Assembly: GCA_019038745.1 (NCBI GenBank)
Contig: JAHOYV010000046.1
Location: forward strand, 32,431 to 96,430
Direction: 5' to 3'
DNA: 64,000 nt
Origin: Gemmatimonadales bacterium
GTDB taxonomy: Bacteria > Krumholzibacteriota > Krumholzibacteriia > LZORAL124-64-63
Positions 1 through 9,127 of the stretch are shown here, piece after piece. The first letter of the stretch is position 1. The number at the start of each line of letters is the position of its first letter. The position numbers were made by a program, and so were the translations under genes. The notes under the pieces are model-generated. The model did not search any database. It was not told the DNA's origin and worked only from the letters and a program-made list of their open reading frames with translations.

Positions 1-314
1 ACCATCCTCCCCACATCACCATCGACCTGGACAAGACCGGCGACGACAAGTTGTACATGGTCCACAATTTCGAGGGCCAGCCCCTGGTTCAGGATTTTAT
101 CCACAACACCATGCTCGGCCTTGAATATCTGTGGGGCGACAAGGTGATGCTGGAGACAACCGAAGTGAAATCGATCAAAACCCCCGACAATCAACAGCCG
201 TCGCTGCCGGGAATGGGCCCCCAAGCCCTGGATGATGCCGCAAAACCCGAGATCGAATGGCAGAGGGTCCGTTACACCATGAAGGACAAAAAGCTGAGCA
301 AGGGAGTGATTTAG
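1..314 (+). CDS. spoVR: SpoVR family protein, C-terminal part (5'-truncated by window edge)
   Basis: Frame open from nt 3: HPPHITIDLDK...LYMVHNFEGQPLVQDFIHNTMLGLEYLWGDKVMLETT, resembling the SpoVR C-terminus; lies directly upstream of a PrkA gene, its usual partner. Confidence 0.75.
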   Translation, partial: HPPHITIDLDKTGDDKLYMVHNFEGQPLVQDFIHNTMLGLEYLWGDKVMLETTEVKSIKTPDNQQPSLPGMGPQALDDAAKPEIEWQRVRYTMKDKKLSKGVI

Positions 315-316
315 GC

Positions 317-2608
317 ATGGATCAGATCCGGAAAGCCATGCTGGACCTGGAGGAATCCCAGCGGGGAACAGGAACCGAAGGTACGATTACCTTCGAGGAA
401 TTCCTGGTCCTGGTCCGCGAAAATCCCCTGCAGCACGTGCGCAACGTGCACCAGGTCTTCCACGACATGGTTCACACTTTTTTGGGCACTGGCGAGGATG
501 AATACCCGGAGGATCCGGAATCCATCAACTTCATCTCCTACGACACGAATGCCTTGTTTGTGGAAGACGCCGACCAACCGTTTTTTGCCGACCGCCTATT
601 CACCAACCGCCTGATGAACATGGTTGACGGCATGCGGGGCAGCGCCCAGCAGAACAAGATCTACATCTTCGACGGACCCCCGGGGTGCGGCAAGTCGATC
701 TTCCTCAACAATCTGCTGCAGAAATTTCAGAAGTACGCCAATAGCCCGGCCGGCTGCCGTTACGAAACGGTTTGGCGTTTGGATCGCTCTCTGCTGGATC
801 AGTCACCCGAACGCGACGGCCCGCCGGTCCTGGATAAGCTGGCCGCATTGCTGGAAAACCGGGAAGTCCCCGAGGCGTTGAAGAATTCCCCGGACGAACC
901 GCTGCTCCGCTTCGGAAAAGGTTTTGTGGAGGTTCCCTGTCCAAGCCATGACAGTCCGTTCCTGATGATTCCCAAAAACCAGCGGCCCAAATTCCTGGAC
1001 GATCTGTTCCATAACGACGAGTTCAAGTGGAACCTGTCCTACGGCAAGGAATACGACTGGGTATTCCGAACCAACCCCTGCACGATATGCACTACCCTGT
1101 ACAAGGCACTCCTGCATCAACTGGGCGACCCGTCGGAAGTCTTCAAAATGATTCACGCCCGCCCTTACGTTTTCAACCGTCGGCTGGGCGAGGGAGTTAC
1201 CGTTTTCAATCCGGGGGACCGGGTCACCCGCCAGCCCGTGCTGACGAACCCCCAGCTCCAGAAGCGCATCAGCTCCCTGCTGCAGGACAGCAACAAGGTG
1301 CGTTACATCTTCTCGCGCTACGCCCGAACGAACAACGGCATCTTCGCCCTGATGGACATCAAGGGACACAACAAGGACCGCCTGCACGAGTTGCATAACA
1401 TCATCAGCGATGGCGTGCACAAGGTTGAGGAAATCGAGGAAAACATCAATTCATTGTTCCTGGGTGTCATGAACCCGGAGGACAACAAGACCATCCGCGG
1501 CATCCAGTCCCTCAGCGACCGCATCGAATTCATCAACATCAGCTACGTCCTGGATTCCAACACCGAGGTGGAAATTTACCGCAACATCTTCGGCCGCCAC
1601 ATCGGTGAACTCTTCCTGCCCCGGGTTCTTGAAAACTTCGCCCGAATTATCATCAGCAGCCGTTTAAGTGATAAATCCCCTGCCCTACTGAGTTGGATAG
1701 GTGATCCAGACAAGTATAAACTATACTGCGACAAGAAGTTACACCTATTGAAGATGTCCATTTACGCGGGACGAATCCCTACCTGGTTGGACCAGGAAGA
1801 CGAGAAAAACTTCACCGCCAAACGGCGACGGAAAGTAATTGCCGAAGCGGAATCAGAAGGGCACGAGGGTTTCAGTGGACGGGATGCATTGGACATTTTC
1901 CACGATCTGTATTCCAGCTTTGCCCGGGACGACTCCATGATCACCATGGATACCCTTTGCGCCTTCTTCACAAAAACCCGACCCGAGCTCGGCAAGCAGA
2001 TCCCCGAGGGCTTCCTTGATTCCCTACGCCGGATGTACAACTACCAGACCCTGCAGGAAGTGAAGGAATCCCTCTACTACTACAATGAGAGCCAGATCAG
2101 CCGGGACATCCAGAACTACCTCTTCGCCCTGAACTACGAGCCGGGCACGACCGCAATCTGCTCCTACACCGAGGACAAACTTGAAATTACCGAGGCTTTC
2201 CTATCAGGAATCGAAGATCACCTCCTTGGTCAGGACGTCCGCCAGGGGCGCCGCCGGGAATTCAGGGAGGAGACCCAACGGGAATACACCTCCCAAACCC
2301 TTACCCAGGAAATCATGGTCGAGGGAATCGACATCTCCGAAACCCAGCTCTTCACGGAATTGAACCAACGCTACGTTTACAGCCTCAAGGAAAAAGTCCT
2401 GGAACCGTTCCTGAAAAATGCCAATTTCAGCCGGGCCTTGAAGGAATTCGGAGGCGACGATTTCAAAACCTACGACAAGAAGATCCAGGATGATGTCTCC
2501 TTCCTGATCGCCAATCTCTGCGACCGCTTCGGCTACACTGAACAAGGTGCCCGTGAGATGTGCATCTACGTGGTAGACAACAACTTGACCGAGGAATTCG
2601 CTGATTAA
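317..2608 (+). CDS. prkA: PrkA/YeaG-family AAA+ serine protein kinase
   Basis: Walker A GPPGCGKS, VEVPCPSHDSP and GFSGRD motifs typical of PrkA; start moved to ATG 317 (GGGAG RBS, 2 nt after the spoVR stop). Confidence 0.85.
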   Translation: MDQIRKAMLDLEESQRGTGTEGTITFEEFLVLVRENPLQHVRNVHQVFHDMVHTFLGTGEDEYPEDPESINFISYDTNALFVEDADQPFFADRLFTNRLMNMVDGMRGSAQQNKIYIFDGPPGCGKSIFLNNLLQKFQKYANSPAGCRYETVWRLDRSLLDQSPERDGPPVLDKLAALLENREVPEALKNSPDEPLLRFGKGFVEVPCPSHDSPFLMIPKNQRPKFLDDLFHNDEFKWNLSYGKEYDWVFRTNPCTICTTLYKALLHQLGDPSEVFKMIHARPYVFNRRLGEGVTVFNPGDRVTRQPVLTNPQLQKRISSLLQDSNKVRYIFSRYARTNNGIFALMDIKGHNKDRLHELHNIISDGVHKVEEIEENINSLFLGVMNPEDNKTIRGIQSLSDRIEFINISYVLDSNTEVEIYRNIFGRHIGELFLPRVLENFARIIISSRLSDKSPALLSWIGDPDKYKLYCDKKLHLLKMSIYAGRIPTWLDQEDEKNFTAKRRRKVIAEAESEGHEGFSGRDALDIFHDLYSSFARDDSMITMDTLCAFFTKTRPELGKQIPEGFLDSLRRMYNYQTLQEVKESLYYYNESQISRDIQNYLFALNYEPGTTAICSYTEDKLEITEAFLSGIEDHLLGQDVRQGRRREFREETQREYTSQTLTQEIMVEGIDISETQLFTELNQRYVYSLKEKVLEPFLKNANFSRALKEFGGDDFKTYDKKIQDDVSFLIANLCDRFGYTEQGAREMCIYVVDNNLTEEFAD

Positions 2609-2681
2609 CCAGCCCCTCGGACCGCCCTGAAACAGACCTAGATCAAAATCAGGGCCGAATTACTTAACTTATTGTTTTTCG

Positions 2682-2710
2682 TTGATTTAGGAATGTTATT
2701 TGCTTATAAT
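2682..2710 (+). promoter_or_regulatory. sigma70-type promoter of the cytochrome operon
   Basis: TTGATT (2682-2687), 17 nt spacer, TATAAT (2705-2710) in an AT-rich intergenic region. Confidence 0.75.
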
Positions 2711-2713
2711 CTT

Positions 2714-2731
2714 TCGTGAAACAATTAACAA
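2714..2731. promoter_or_regulatory. Rex-like operator (NADH/NAD+ sensing repressor site)
   Basis: TCGTGAA-ACAA-TTAACAA versus Rex consensus TTGTGAA-N4-TTCACAA (2 mismatches); overlaps the predicted transcription start. Confidence 0.6.
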
Positions 2732-2762
2732 CACACCTTTTGTCCCTGAATAGGCAGGAATC

Positions 2763-3782
2763 ATGAAAAACATCATCCTAATCCTCGCCGTGGTCGCCCT
2801 GGCAGCCCCCAGCTTCGCGCAAATCTCCCCTGCTCCTCTTGGCCAGGAGGCTGAAATATTCTGGTCCCACGCACCCTATGAAATGGGCGAATGCTCCATC
2901 TGCCACCAGAACAGTGATCCGAACAACCCTGGTGAATTGATCTCCGGAGTGAATGAGCTCTGCTTTTCCTGTCACGATATCTTCCAGGAGATGTTGGGGG
3001 AATTCGAGAACGTCCACTCGCCGGTAGAGAACTCCTGCATCGATTGCCATAACCCTCACAACTCACTCTACGGCAAGCTGCTGAACCTTGATACGGCCAA
3101 CCTTTGCGGAACCTGCCACGATGATATTATGGACGGGGTTCGGAATCACAAGGTCCAGCACGATGCCATCACCCAGGGCGATGCCTGCCTGACCTGCCAC
3201 GATGCCCACGCCACGAACGTGCAGGCCATGCTGCGGGCCCTGCCCTACGACTTGTGCGTCGACTGCCACGGTAAGGACGGCATGACCGATGAGCAGGGAC
3301 GTCCAATGACCAACCTGAAGAGCCTGATTGAGGGAGCCCACATGAGCCACGGCCCGGTAGAAAACAAGGACTGCTCATCCTGTCACTTCACGCATAGCGG
3401 TGACAACTTCAGGATGTTGACCGAATCCTACCCTGCCAAGTTCTATGCTCCCTACGAGGAAGAGAACTATGCGCTCTGCTTCAACTGCCACGAGAGCAAT
3501 GTTTTCACTTCCGAGTTCACCAGTACCTTGACCGGCTTCCGGGACGGCGACAACAATCTGCATTATATTCACGTAAACAAGGCCCGCCGCGGACGCACCT
3601 GCCGCTCCTGCCACGAAGTACATGCCTCACCGCAGGAACATTTGGTCCGTGACGGAGTACCTTACGGTTCCAGTGGATGGGTCCTGAAGATCAACTTCGA
3701 GAAACTTGAAAATGGTGGATCCTGCGCGAAAACCTGTCACCCGACCAAGCCCTACGACCGGGAGATGAACGCCTCACAATGA
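2763..3782 (+). CDS. Periplasmic ~10-heme cytochrome c (doubled-CXXCH family)
   Basis: Sec signal MKNIILILAVVALAAPSFA; 9 CXXCH plus terminal CAKTCH; paired CxxCHxxH...LCxxCH units. Confidence 0.92.
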   Translation: MKNIILILAVVALAAPSFAQISPAPLGQEAEIFWSHAPYEMGECSICHQNSDPNNPGELISGVNELCFSCHDIFQEMLGEFENVHSPVENSCIDCHNPHNSLYGKLLNLDTANLCGTCHDDIMDGVRNHKVQHDAITQGDACLTCHDAHATNVQAMLRALPYDLCVDCHGKDGMTDEQGRPMTNLKSLIEGAHMSHGPVENKDCSSCHFTHSGDNFRMLTESYPAKFYAPYEEENYALCFNCHESNVFTSEFTSTLTGFRDGDNNLHYIHVNKARRGRTCRSCHEVHASPQEHLVRDGVPYGSSGWVLKINFEKLENGGSCAKTCHPTKPYDREMNASQ

Positions 3783-4666
3783 AAGCCGGCTGGGCAAAGC
3801 TCCATTGTGTGAAATCAAATATGAGGGTGCATTGGCGCACCCTCAATGGAAAATGGCTATGTCTGGCCTTTACGTTGGCCCTGCTGGGCGTGGTCTCTGC
3901 TCCCGCTTCTGATCTTGCTTTCACCTTCATCGCCGAAGGCGATCTTCTGCCTGATATGGAACTGGACAGCGCCCGCGGGGGATCCGCCGGTTATCTTGGC
4001 GGGGAAGATTCCCAGGCCCGAGTCTTCGCGTTTGTGAAGGACGGCCGCGTCAGTTCCAACGAATTTCTGGAAACGATGGCCGGATTGCATGAGGAATTTT
4101 TGGGACGCCCAGTGAGCTGGTCATTGGTTGTCTCCAAACGTTGCTCTCCTGCCTGGATTGATACCGTGTGCAACCGCTGCCCGGATGTTTCGGTCCTGAT
4201 AGACAAGGATGACAAACTGTACGGAACTCTGGGAGTCCCCCTGACTCCCGTGGTTGGGATCGGGGATGGGGATCGGATCCTGCGGGCCTATTTAACCTAT
4301 CGCAAAATCAACTACCAGGCCCTGATTTCCGCCCACGTGAAATTCATTCTGGGCGACATCGACCAGGCCGAATTGGATCTGCTCCTGAACCCCCATGGTC
4401 GGATGCGGGACACGGTAGCCGGCAGCTCCGCCCGTAAGCTGAAGCTGGCCCGCCTATTGTTTGACAAGCAGAAGTTCGATCTGGCCATCAAGCAAGTGGA
4501 AAGCGCACTCAGCGAGCAACCGAACCTCCCGGAGGCCTACGAGCTGCTGGTCGAGATCCGCCTCGCCGGCGGAGACGAGGCTGGAGCCGCCGAGGCCCGG
4601 GAAAAAGCAGATGCATTGGCTGACTCGACAGCCGGTTCCGCCGAATCAAATGGAGACGGCAACTGA
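3779..4666 (+). CDS. Exported redoxin/thioredoxin-fold + TPR protein lacking CXXC active site
   Basis: Hydrophobic signal-like segment; GDLLPDMEL...VLIDKDDKLYGTLGVPLTP redoxin-like pattern; C-terminal TPR-like helices; ATGA overlap with upstream gene; exact start uncertain. Confidence 0.6.
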   Translation: MKAGWAKLHCVKSNMRVHWRTLNGKWLCLAFTLALLGVVSAPASDLAFTFIAEGDLLPDMELDSARGGSAGYLGGEDSQARVFAFVKDGRVSSNEFLETMAGLHEEFLGRPVSWSLVVSKRCSPAWIDTVCNRCPDVSVLIDKDDKLYGTLGVPLTPVVGIGDGDRILRAYLTYRKINYQALISAHVKFILGDIDQAELDLLLNPHGRMRDTVAGSSARKLKLARLLFDKQKFDLAIKQVESALSEQPNLPEAYELLVEIRLAGGDEAGAAEAREKADALADSTAGSAESNGDGN

Positions 4667-4726
4667 CCCCGAGGACTCGCCCCCATCGTTGTCGGACCTT
4701 GATTTTCACCAACAAGAGGAGTCTGT

Positions 4727-5395
4727 ATGCCCTCCCGGACGACCTGTTTGAGGATAACCACCCTGGCGGCTCTTTGCCTGCTGTCGACCGCTACGGCATG
4801 GTCGGGTGTTGAGGATTCCGTCCACGATTTCCGTACTGAATTATCCATTAACGAGGTCTGCGTCGTTTGCCACACCCCGCACAACGCGGTCGACCCCGCA
4901 GCGGCCGGCCTGGACTACGCACCCCTGTGGGGCCACGAGTCCACAGCCGGAGTGTACACCTTGTACTCCAGTGCCTCCCTCGACCATACTCCGGGGCAAC
5001 CGGACGGCAGTACCAAGCTGTGCCTGAGCTGCCACGACGGTTCCATCGCCATCGATAACTACGGCGGCACAACCACCGGCACCGTTTTCGTGGATGATGC
5101 GACTTTCGACGGTTCACCGGGATCCGCCTCGGGCAGCGCCCTGGATTTCGGAACGAACCTGGACAACGACCACCCCGTCTCGTTCAGCTACGATGCGGTG
5201 GCCACTGCGGATCCGGAAATCCTGCCCTCGACCACGGCAACACCCATCGGGGGCACCATCGCCAGCCGATTGCTGGTCGACGGCAAGGTCCAGTGCTCAT
5301 CCTGCCACGATGTGCACGATGTGGACGGCAACCCCAGTCTGTTGGTGGTCACCAACGATGGCAGCGCCCTTTGCCTGGTCTGCCACGACAAATGA
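4727..5395 (+). CDS. omcE: OmcE-like tetraheme cytochrome c (candidate nanowire subunit)
   Basis: Signal peptide; 4 CXXCH; motif order HDF..VCVVCHTPHNA..PLW..TLYSS..CLSCHDG..GTNLDNDHPVSF..QCSSCHDVHD..GSALCLVCHDK matches my recollection of G. sulfurreducens OmcE; strong RBS GAGGAG. Confidence 0.8.
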   Translation: MPSRTTCLRITTLAALCLLSTATAWSGVEDSVHDFRTELSINEVCVVCHTPHNAVDPAAAGLDYAPLWGHESTAGVYTLYSSASLDHTPGQPDGSTKLCLSCHDGSIAIDNYGGTTTGTVFVDDATFDGSPGSASGSALDFGTNLDNDHPVSFSYDAVATADPEILPSTTATPIGGTIASRLLVDGKVQCSSCHDVHDVDGNPSLLVVTNDGSALCLVCHDK

Positions 5396-6480
5396 GATCC
5401 ACAGCGAACAAAGTTCTGCTGATCGTACTTCTGAGCCTATCACTGGGTCTTCTTTTGAGTGGCTGCACCACCGCGCCCGGGCCATCGCTGAAGGAGGCGG
5501 TTTTCTACCCCAGCCCGCCGACCTCTCCTCGTCTGCAGTACCTGACCCACTATTCCGGCGCCGAGCAGGTAACCATCCAACCGGGAACCGCTTCCCGCTT
5601 TCTGTTCGGTGACTCAGCCCCCACCGAAGCCCTGTCCAAGCCCTACGGGATGGCCCTGCACGGCGGCAAACTTTACGTTTGTGATACAAAGTTAAATTCA
5701 CTAGTGATCTTCGACATCGCACAACACAGGTTTGGTTATACCGGACTTCAGGGCAGCGAACGCCTGCGCAAGCCCCTGAACCTCTGCGTGGACAACCAGG
5801 GCAACAAATTCGTGGCCGACGCCCTGCGCGGGGAAATCGTGGTATTCGATGAGAACGATGCCTGGACCACCGTTTTCGGCGGCAACCTGCTTCAGCGCCC
5901 GGTGGATGTGGCCTGGCTCGACGGCAAACTGTACGTTTGCGATGCGGACGCCTGCACCATAGTCGTTTTCGACGCGACCACCCATGAAAGGGTCACCGTC
6001 TTCGGTGGCAAGGGAGACGACCCGGGACAATTCGCGCGGCCCACCAATCTGGCTTTGGATCCCGAGGGGAACATCTACGTCAGCGACACCATCAACGGCC
6101 GTATCCAAAAGCTGGGTCCCGATGGGAATCACGTGGCCACCTTCGGCTCCCGCGGTGACCGTCCCGGGACCTTCGCCCGACCCAAGGGTGTGGCGGTGGA
6201 TCCGGAAGGCCAACTCTATGTAGTCGATGCCGCCTTTGAAAACGTCCAGATCTTCGCTCCTGCCGGCAGGATGCTGATGGACTTCGGCGGACCCGGCGCA
6301 GACCCGGGCAATCTGGTCCTTCCCGCCCAGGTGATCATCGATACCGATCACTTGTCCCTTTTCCGCGAACTGATCGAACCCGGTTTCAAGGCCGAGCATC
6401 TGGTATTGGTATCCAGCCAGTACGGACCTCGCAAAATCAGCGTCTACGCGTACGGCCGCTCCGAGGGGAGCGGCCACTGA
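5392..6480 (+). CDS. NHL-repeat six-bladed beta-propeller lipoprotein
   Basis: Start ATG 5392 (ATGA overlap); lipobox LLLSGC; repeats such as FARPTNLALDPEGNIYVSD and FARPKGVAVDPEGQLYVVD. Confidence 0.9.
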   Translation: MRSTANKVLLIVLLSLSLGLLLSGCTTAPGPSLKEAVFYPSPPTSPRLQYLTHYSGAEQVTIQPGTASRFLFGDSAPTEALSKPYGMALHGGKLYVCDTKLNSLVIFDIAQHRFGYTGLQGSERLRKPLNLCVDNQGNKFVADALRGEIVVFDENDAWTTVFGGNLLQRPVDVAWLDGKLYVCDADACTIVVFDATTHERVTVFGGKGDDPGQFARPTNLALDPEGNIYVSDTINGRIQKLGPDGNHVATFGSRGDRPGTFARPKGVAVDPEGQLYVVDAAFENVQIFAPAGRMLMDFGGPGADPGNLVLPAQVIIDTDHLSLFRELIEPGFKAEHLVLVSSQYGPRKISVYAYGRSEGSGH

Positions 6481-7139
6481 TGGGATGGAAGGGCGCGGCA
6501 GCACTCATCCTGCTGGGAATCCTGGCGGCCGGCTGCAGTGGCCCAACCCGGGACAAGTGGCTGACTGTCTTCTTTGATGATCCTCCCGTCGAACAAATAT
6601 CCAATCCCGTGGATTCCGACTTCCAGGCTACATTCACCGCACCCCGCGTAGCCGCCGCTGCAGCGGGAACAGCACACGCCCCCTTCGAAGCAGGCGCCTG
6701 TCAGGTGTGCCACGATCTTTCCGGCAGCACTTCCTTCCCCGGAGGCGGCGGCTGGCCGGGACGCGAACCTGACGCAGGAAGGGCCGACCAGTCCAAGCAC
6801 CCGGAGACTGCGGGCTCTGCCCGACTCCGTCTGCCCGGAGACCGCCTCTGCGGCGGTTGCCACAACGATCTCGACGTTGAAACCCTGGCCCAAACCAACC
6901 TCGTTGTACACGCTCCACTAGCTACCGGGGACTGCTGCTTCTGCCACGATCCGCACCGCAGTCCGTATCCACATCTCTTGAAACAGGCTGACAGTTCGGT
7001 CCTTTGCGTGGCCTGTCACGATCAGGAAGCGGCCGCACGTCGCTGTCACCATCCGGGGGCCGGGATACAATCCTGTGTATCCTGCCACCAGCCCCACGCC
7101 TCGGCCCAACGTTTCCTTCTCCGCCGGGAGGAGCCATGA
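6480..7139 (+). CDS. Pentaheme lipoprotein cytochrome c (doubled CXXCH)
   Basis: Lipobox LAAGC; CQVCH, CGGCH, CCFCH, CVACH, CVSCH. Confidence 0.88.
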   Translation: MGWKGAAALILLGILAAGCSGPTRDKWLTVFFDDPPVEQISNPVDSDFQATFTAPRVAAAAAGTAHAPFEAGACQVCHDLSGSTSFPGGGGWPGREPDAGRADQSKHPETAGSARLRLPGDRLCGGCHNDLDVETLAQTNLVVHAPLATGDCCFCHDPHRSPYPHLLKQADSSVLCVACHDQEAAARRCHHPGAGIQSCVSCHQPHASAQRFLLRREEP

Positions 7140-9127
7140 GGTTCCGAAACTTCATCTCGGCCAACTTGTTTCAATGGTTGACGGGCTTACTGCTGAGCAT
7201 CGTGCTTGCGACGGGCGCCCTGGCCAACGGCCCCGTCTACCTGGACGAGAGCTCACCCCAAAGGAAAATCGTGGCCTTGGATAACCTGGGCGGTTGGAGT
7301 GAATTCTTCGTGCGTGGGTCCCGCACACGAACGGGGGATTTTTCCCTGGATGAGACCATCCTGGCCCCGGGGATCCACCTGGATACCGCCGGTGGTCTGT
7401 ACGAGCGACAGCTGTTGACCTTTCGGGCCGGGGGAACCCTCAGCTACCAGCATCGCAGCCTGGACGGCACCGTGGAAAATTCCGACGATCTGTCTTTCCA
7501 GGATTTCGCGGGGAACCTGGATCTGCTCCCCGAAAAGCCTCTCAAACTGCACCTGTTCGGGAATCGCACGCACGGCTGGCATTCCTCGCCTTACAAAAGC
7601 AGTACGCGAACCCGCTCCACGGCTTGGGGAATCGGTGCGGATCTCGGCTTGGCTGAATTGCCCTCGACTCTGACCTGGTCACGAGAAGAATATCTGGAGG
7701 AATACTATTCCGGAGACCGGATCACGACCCGGGACCGTCTCCGCTTCGGGGTAAAACGAAGCAACGGGCCCATTCGCGGCTCCTTGACGATGCGCCACGA
7801 AGCCTTCCGCAAAAACCTCCAGCCCCAGAACTACAGCACGGACGGAGCCGACGGGCGCATCTCCTATCGACCCGGAAAAACCCTTGGCTTGGCCGGTTCC
7901 ATGCACTGGCTCCACCGTTACGGTTCCCGGGAACATACCAACTTCAGCACCCGCGCTACCACCCGCTGGAATCCCCGTCCCGACTTCGGAGGCCAGGTCG
8001 AAGCCGAACATCGACGCCTGCGTCCCGGCGGAAAAGACGTGCCCGTTGTCGCCGCCAACTCGGGAGCCCTCTCGGTTCGGCATCTGTTGTACGGGAGCCT
8101 AGAAACCACCATGGGCATGAACCTGCAAGACGAAACCAGCCGTTTGGATGATCTCGAAGTCGGAACCTTGCGCAGAACCAGCGGCCATCTCCGCCTGGAC
8201 TACAGGAGACGCCTGGCTGTTGGCGCTTTACAGCTTTCCACCAGTCGAACCTTGCTGCGTCAGGATCGGACCGGCACGGAAACCGAGCGCCCGGTGTCCA
8301 ACGAGGGGCATGTCCTGCCCGATTTGGCCGAAGTACGTCTTGAAAATCCGGACGTGGTGCCCGGTTCGGTGGTAGTTACCGACGCAACCGGGTATGTCGT
8401 CTACACGGAGAACCTGGACTTCGCCCTGACCGAAGTGGGAGGCTTCACCCTCTTGAATCGGATCCCCACCGGGGCCATCGCCGAGGACGAGCGGATCCAG
8501 GTGGATTATCGGTACCTGCTTTCTCCCGACCTGGTTTTTGACGCGGCGACCTGGAGTTTGGCCGCCCGCTTCGACGGCAACCGGGTCTGGTCGGTTTGGA
8601 CCCGGCACCAGGACACCGACGAAACTCCGGTTTCCGGATCCTCCGAAACCGGGTTGCAGGACCGAACCCGGAATGTGGCGGGCGGACTCCTGCGCCGGGG
8701 ACGGGTCACCCTGAGACAGGAATACGAAACTCATCGCCTGGCAGAAACCCGGTTCAAAACAAATCGTCTGCAGTTGGATACCCGGTTCCGACCCGGCCGC
8801 CGCTGGCGGGCTTCCGTGGGGGCCAACCACACGTGGTCCCGAACGGTCGCCCCACGACGCACCCAACGATACCTGCAGCTGAACGCCCGGACCGCATACG
8901 CCGGCGCCGGCGGTTCGACAGCAAGTCTGGAATCCTGGTTTCGCTGGAACGAGCGGGAAGACGGAATCGCCGCCCCCGGCGACGGCCTGTACGGTGGCCG
9001 ATTGCGCTACACACGTCGCTGGCGAGCCCTTACCCTTGAAGCGGAAGTCACCCTGCAAAGCACCGACCGCAACGAGATCGACGACGACCGGCTTGTCTTC
9101 CGCACCGGATTACGGAGGGTCTTCTGA
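7136..9127 (+). CDS. Large outer-membrane beta-barrel protein (~663 aa)
   Basis: Start ATG 7136 (ATGA overlap, GGAGGAG RBS); signal peptide ending ALA; alternating amphipathic strands; C-terminal Phe (RRVF). Confidence 0.75.
   Translation: MRFRNFISANLFQWLTGLLLSIVLATGALANGPVYLDESSPQRKIVALDNLGGWSEFFVRGSRTRTGDFSLDETILAPGIHLDTAGGLYERQLLTFRAGGTLSYQHRSLDGTVENSDDLSFQDFAGNLDLLPEKPLKLHLFGNRTHGWHSSPYKSSTRTRSTAWGIGADLGLAELPSTLTWSREEYLEEYYSGDRITTRDRLRFGVKRSNGPIRGSLTMRHEAFRKNLQPQNYSTDGADGRISYRPGKTLGLAGSMHWLHRYGSREHTNFSTRATTRWNPRPDFGGQVEAEHRRLRPGGKDVPVVAANSGALSVRHLLYGSLETTMGMNLQDETSRLDDLEVGTLRRTSGHLRLDYRRRLAVGALQLSTSRTLLRQDRTGTETERPVSNEGHVLPDLAEVRLENPDVVPGSVVVTDATGYVVYTENLDFALTEVGGFTLLNRIPTGAIAEDERIQVDYRYLLSPDLVFDAATWSLAARFDGNRVWSVWTRHQDTDETPVSGSSETGLQDRTRNVAGGLLRRGRVTLRQEYETHRLAETRFKTNRLQLDTRFRPGRRWRASVGANHTWSRTVAPRRTQRYLQLNARTAYAGAGGSTASLESWFRWNEREDGIAAPGDGLYGGRLRYTRRWRALTLEAEVTLQSTDRNEIDDDRLVFRTGLRRVF

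Noticed and set aside
2763-9127. Calling the decaheme + barrel an MtrAB/DmsEF pair
   Set aside because: Heme spacing, terminal CX3CH, gene order and barrel sequence do not resemble MtrA/MtrB as I recall them; an HMM search would settle it.
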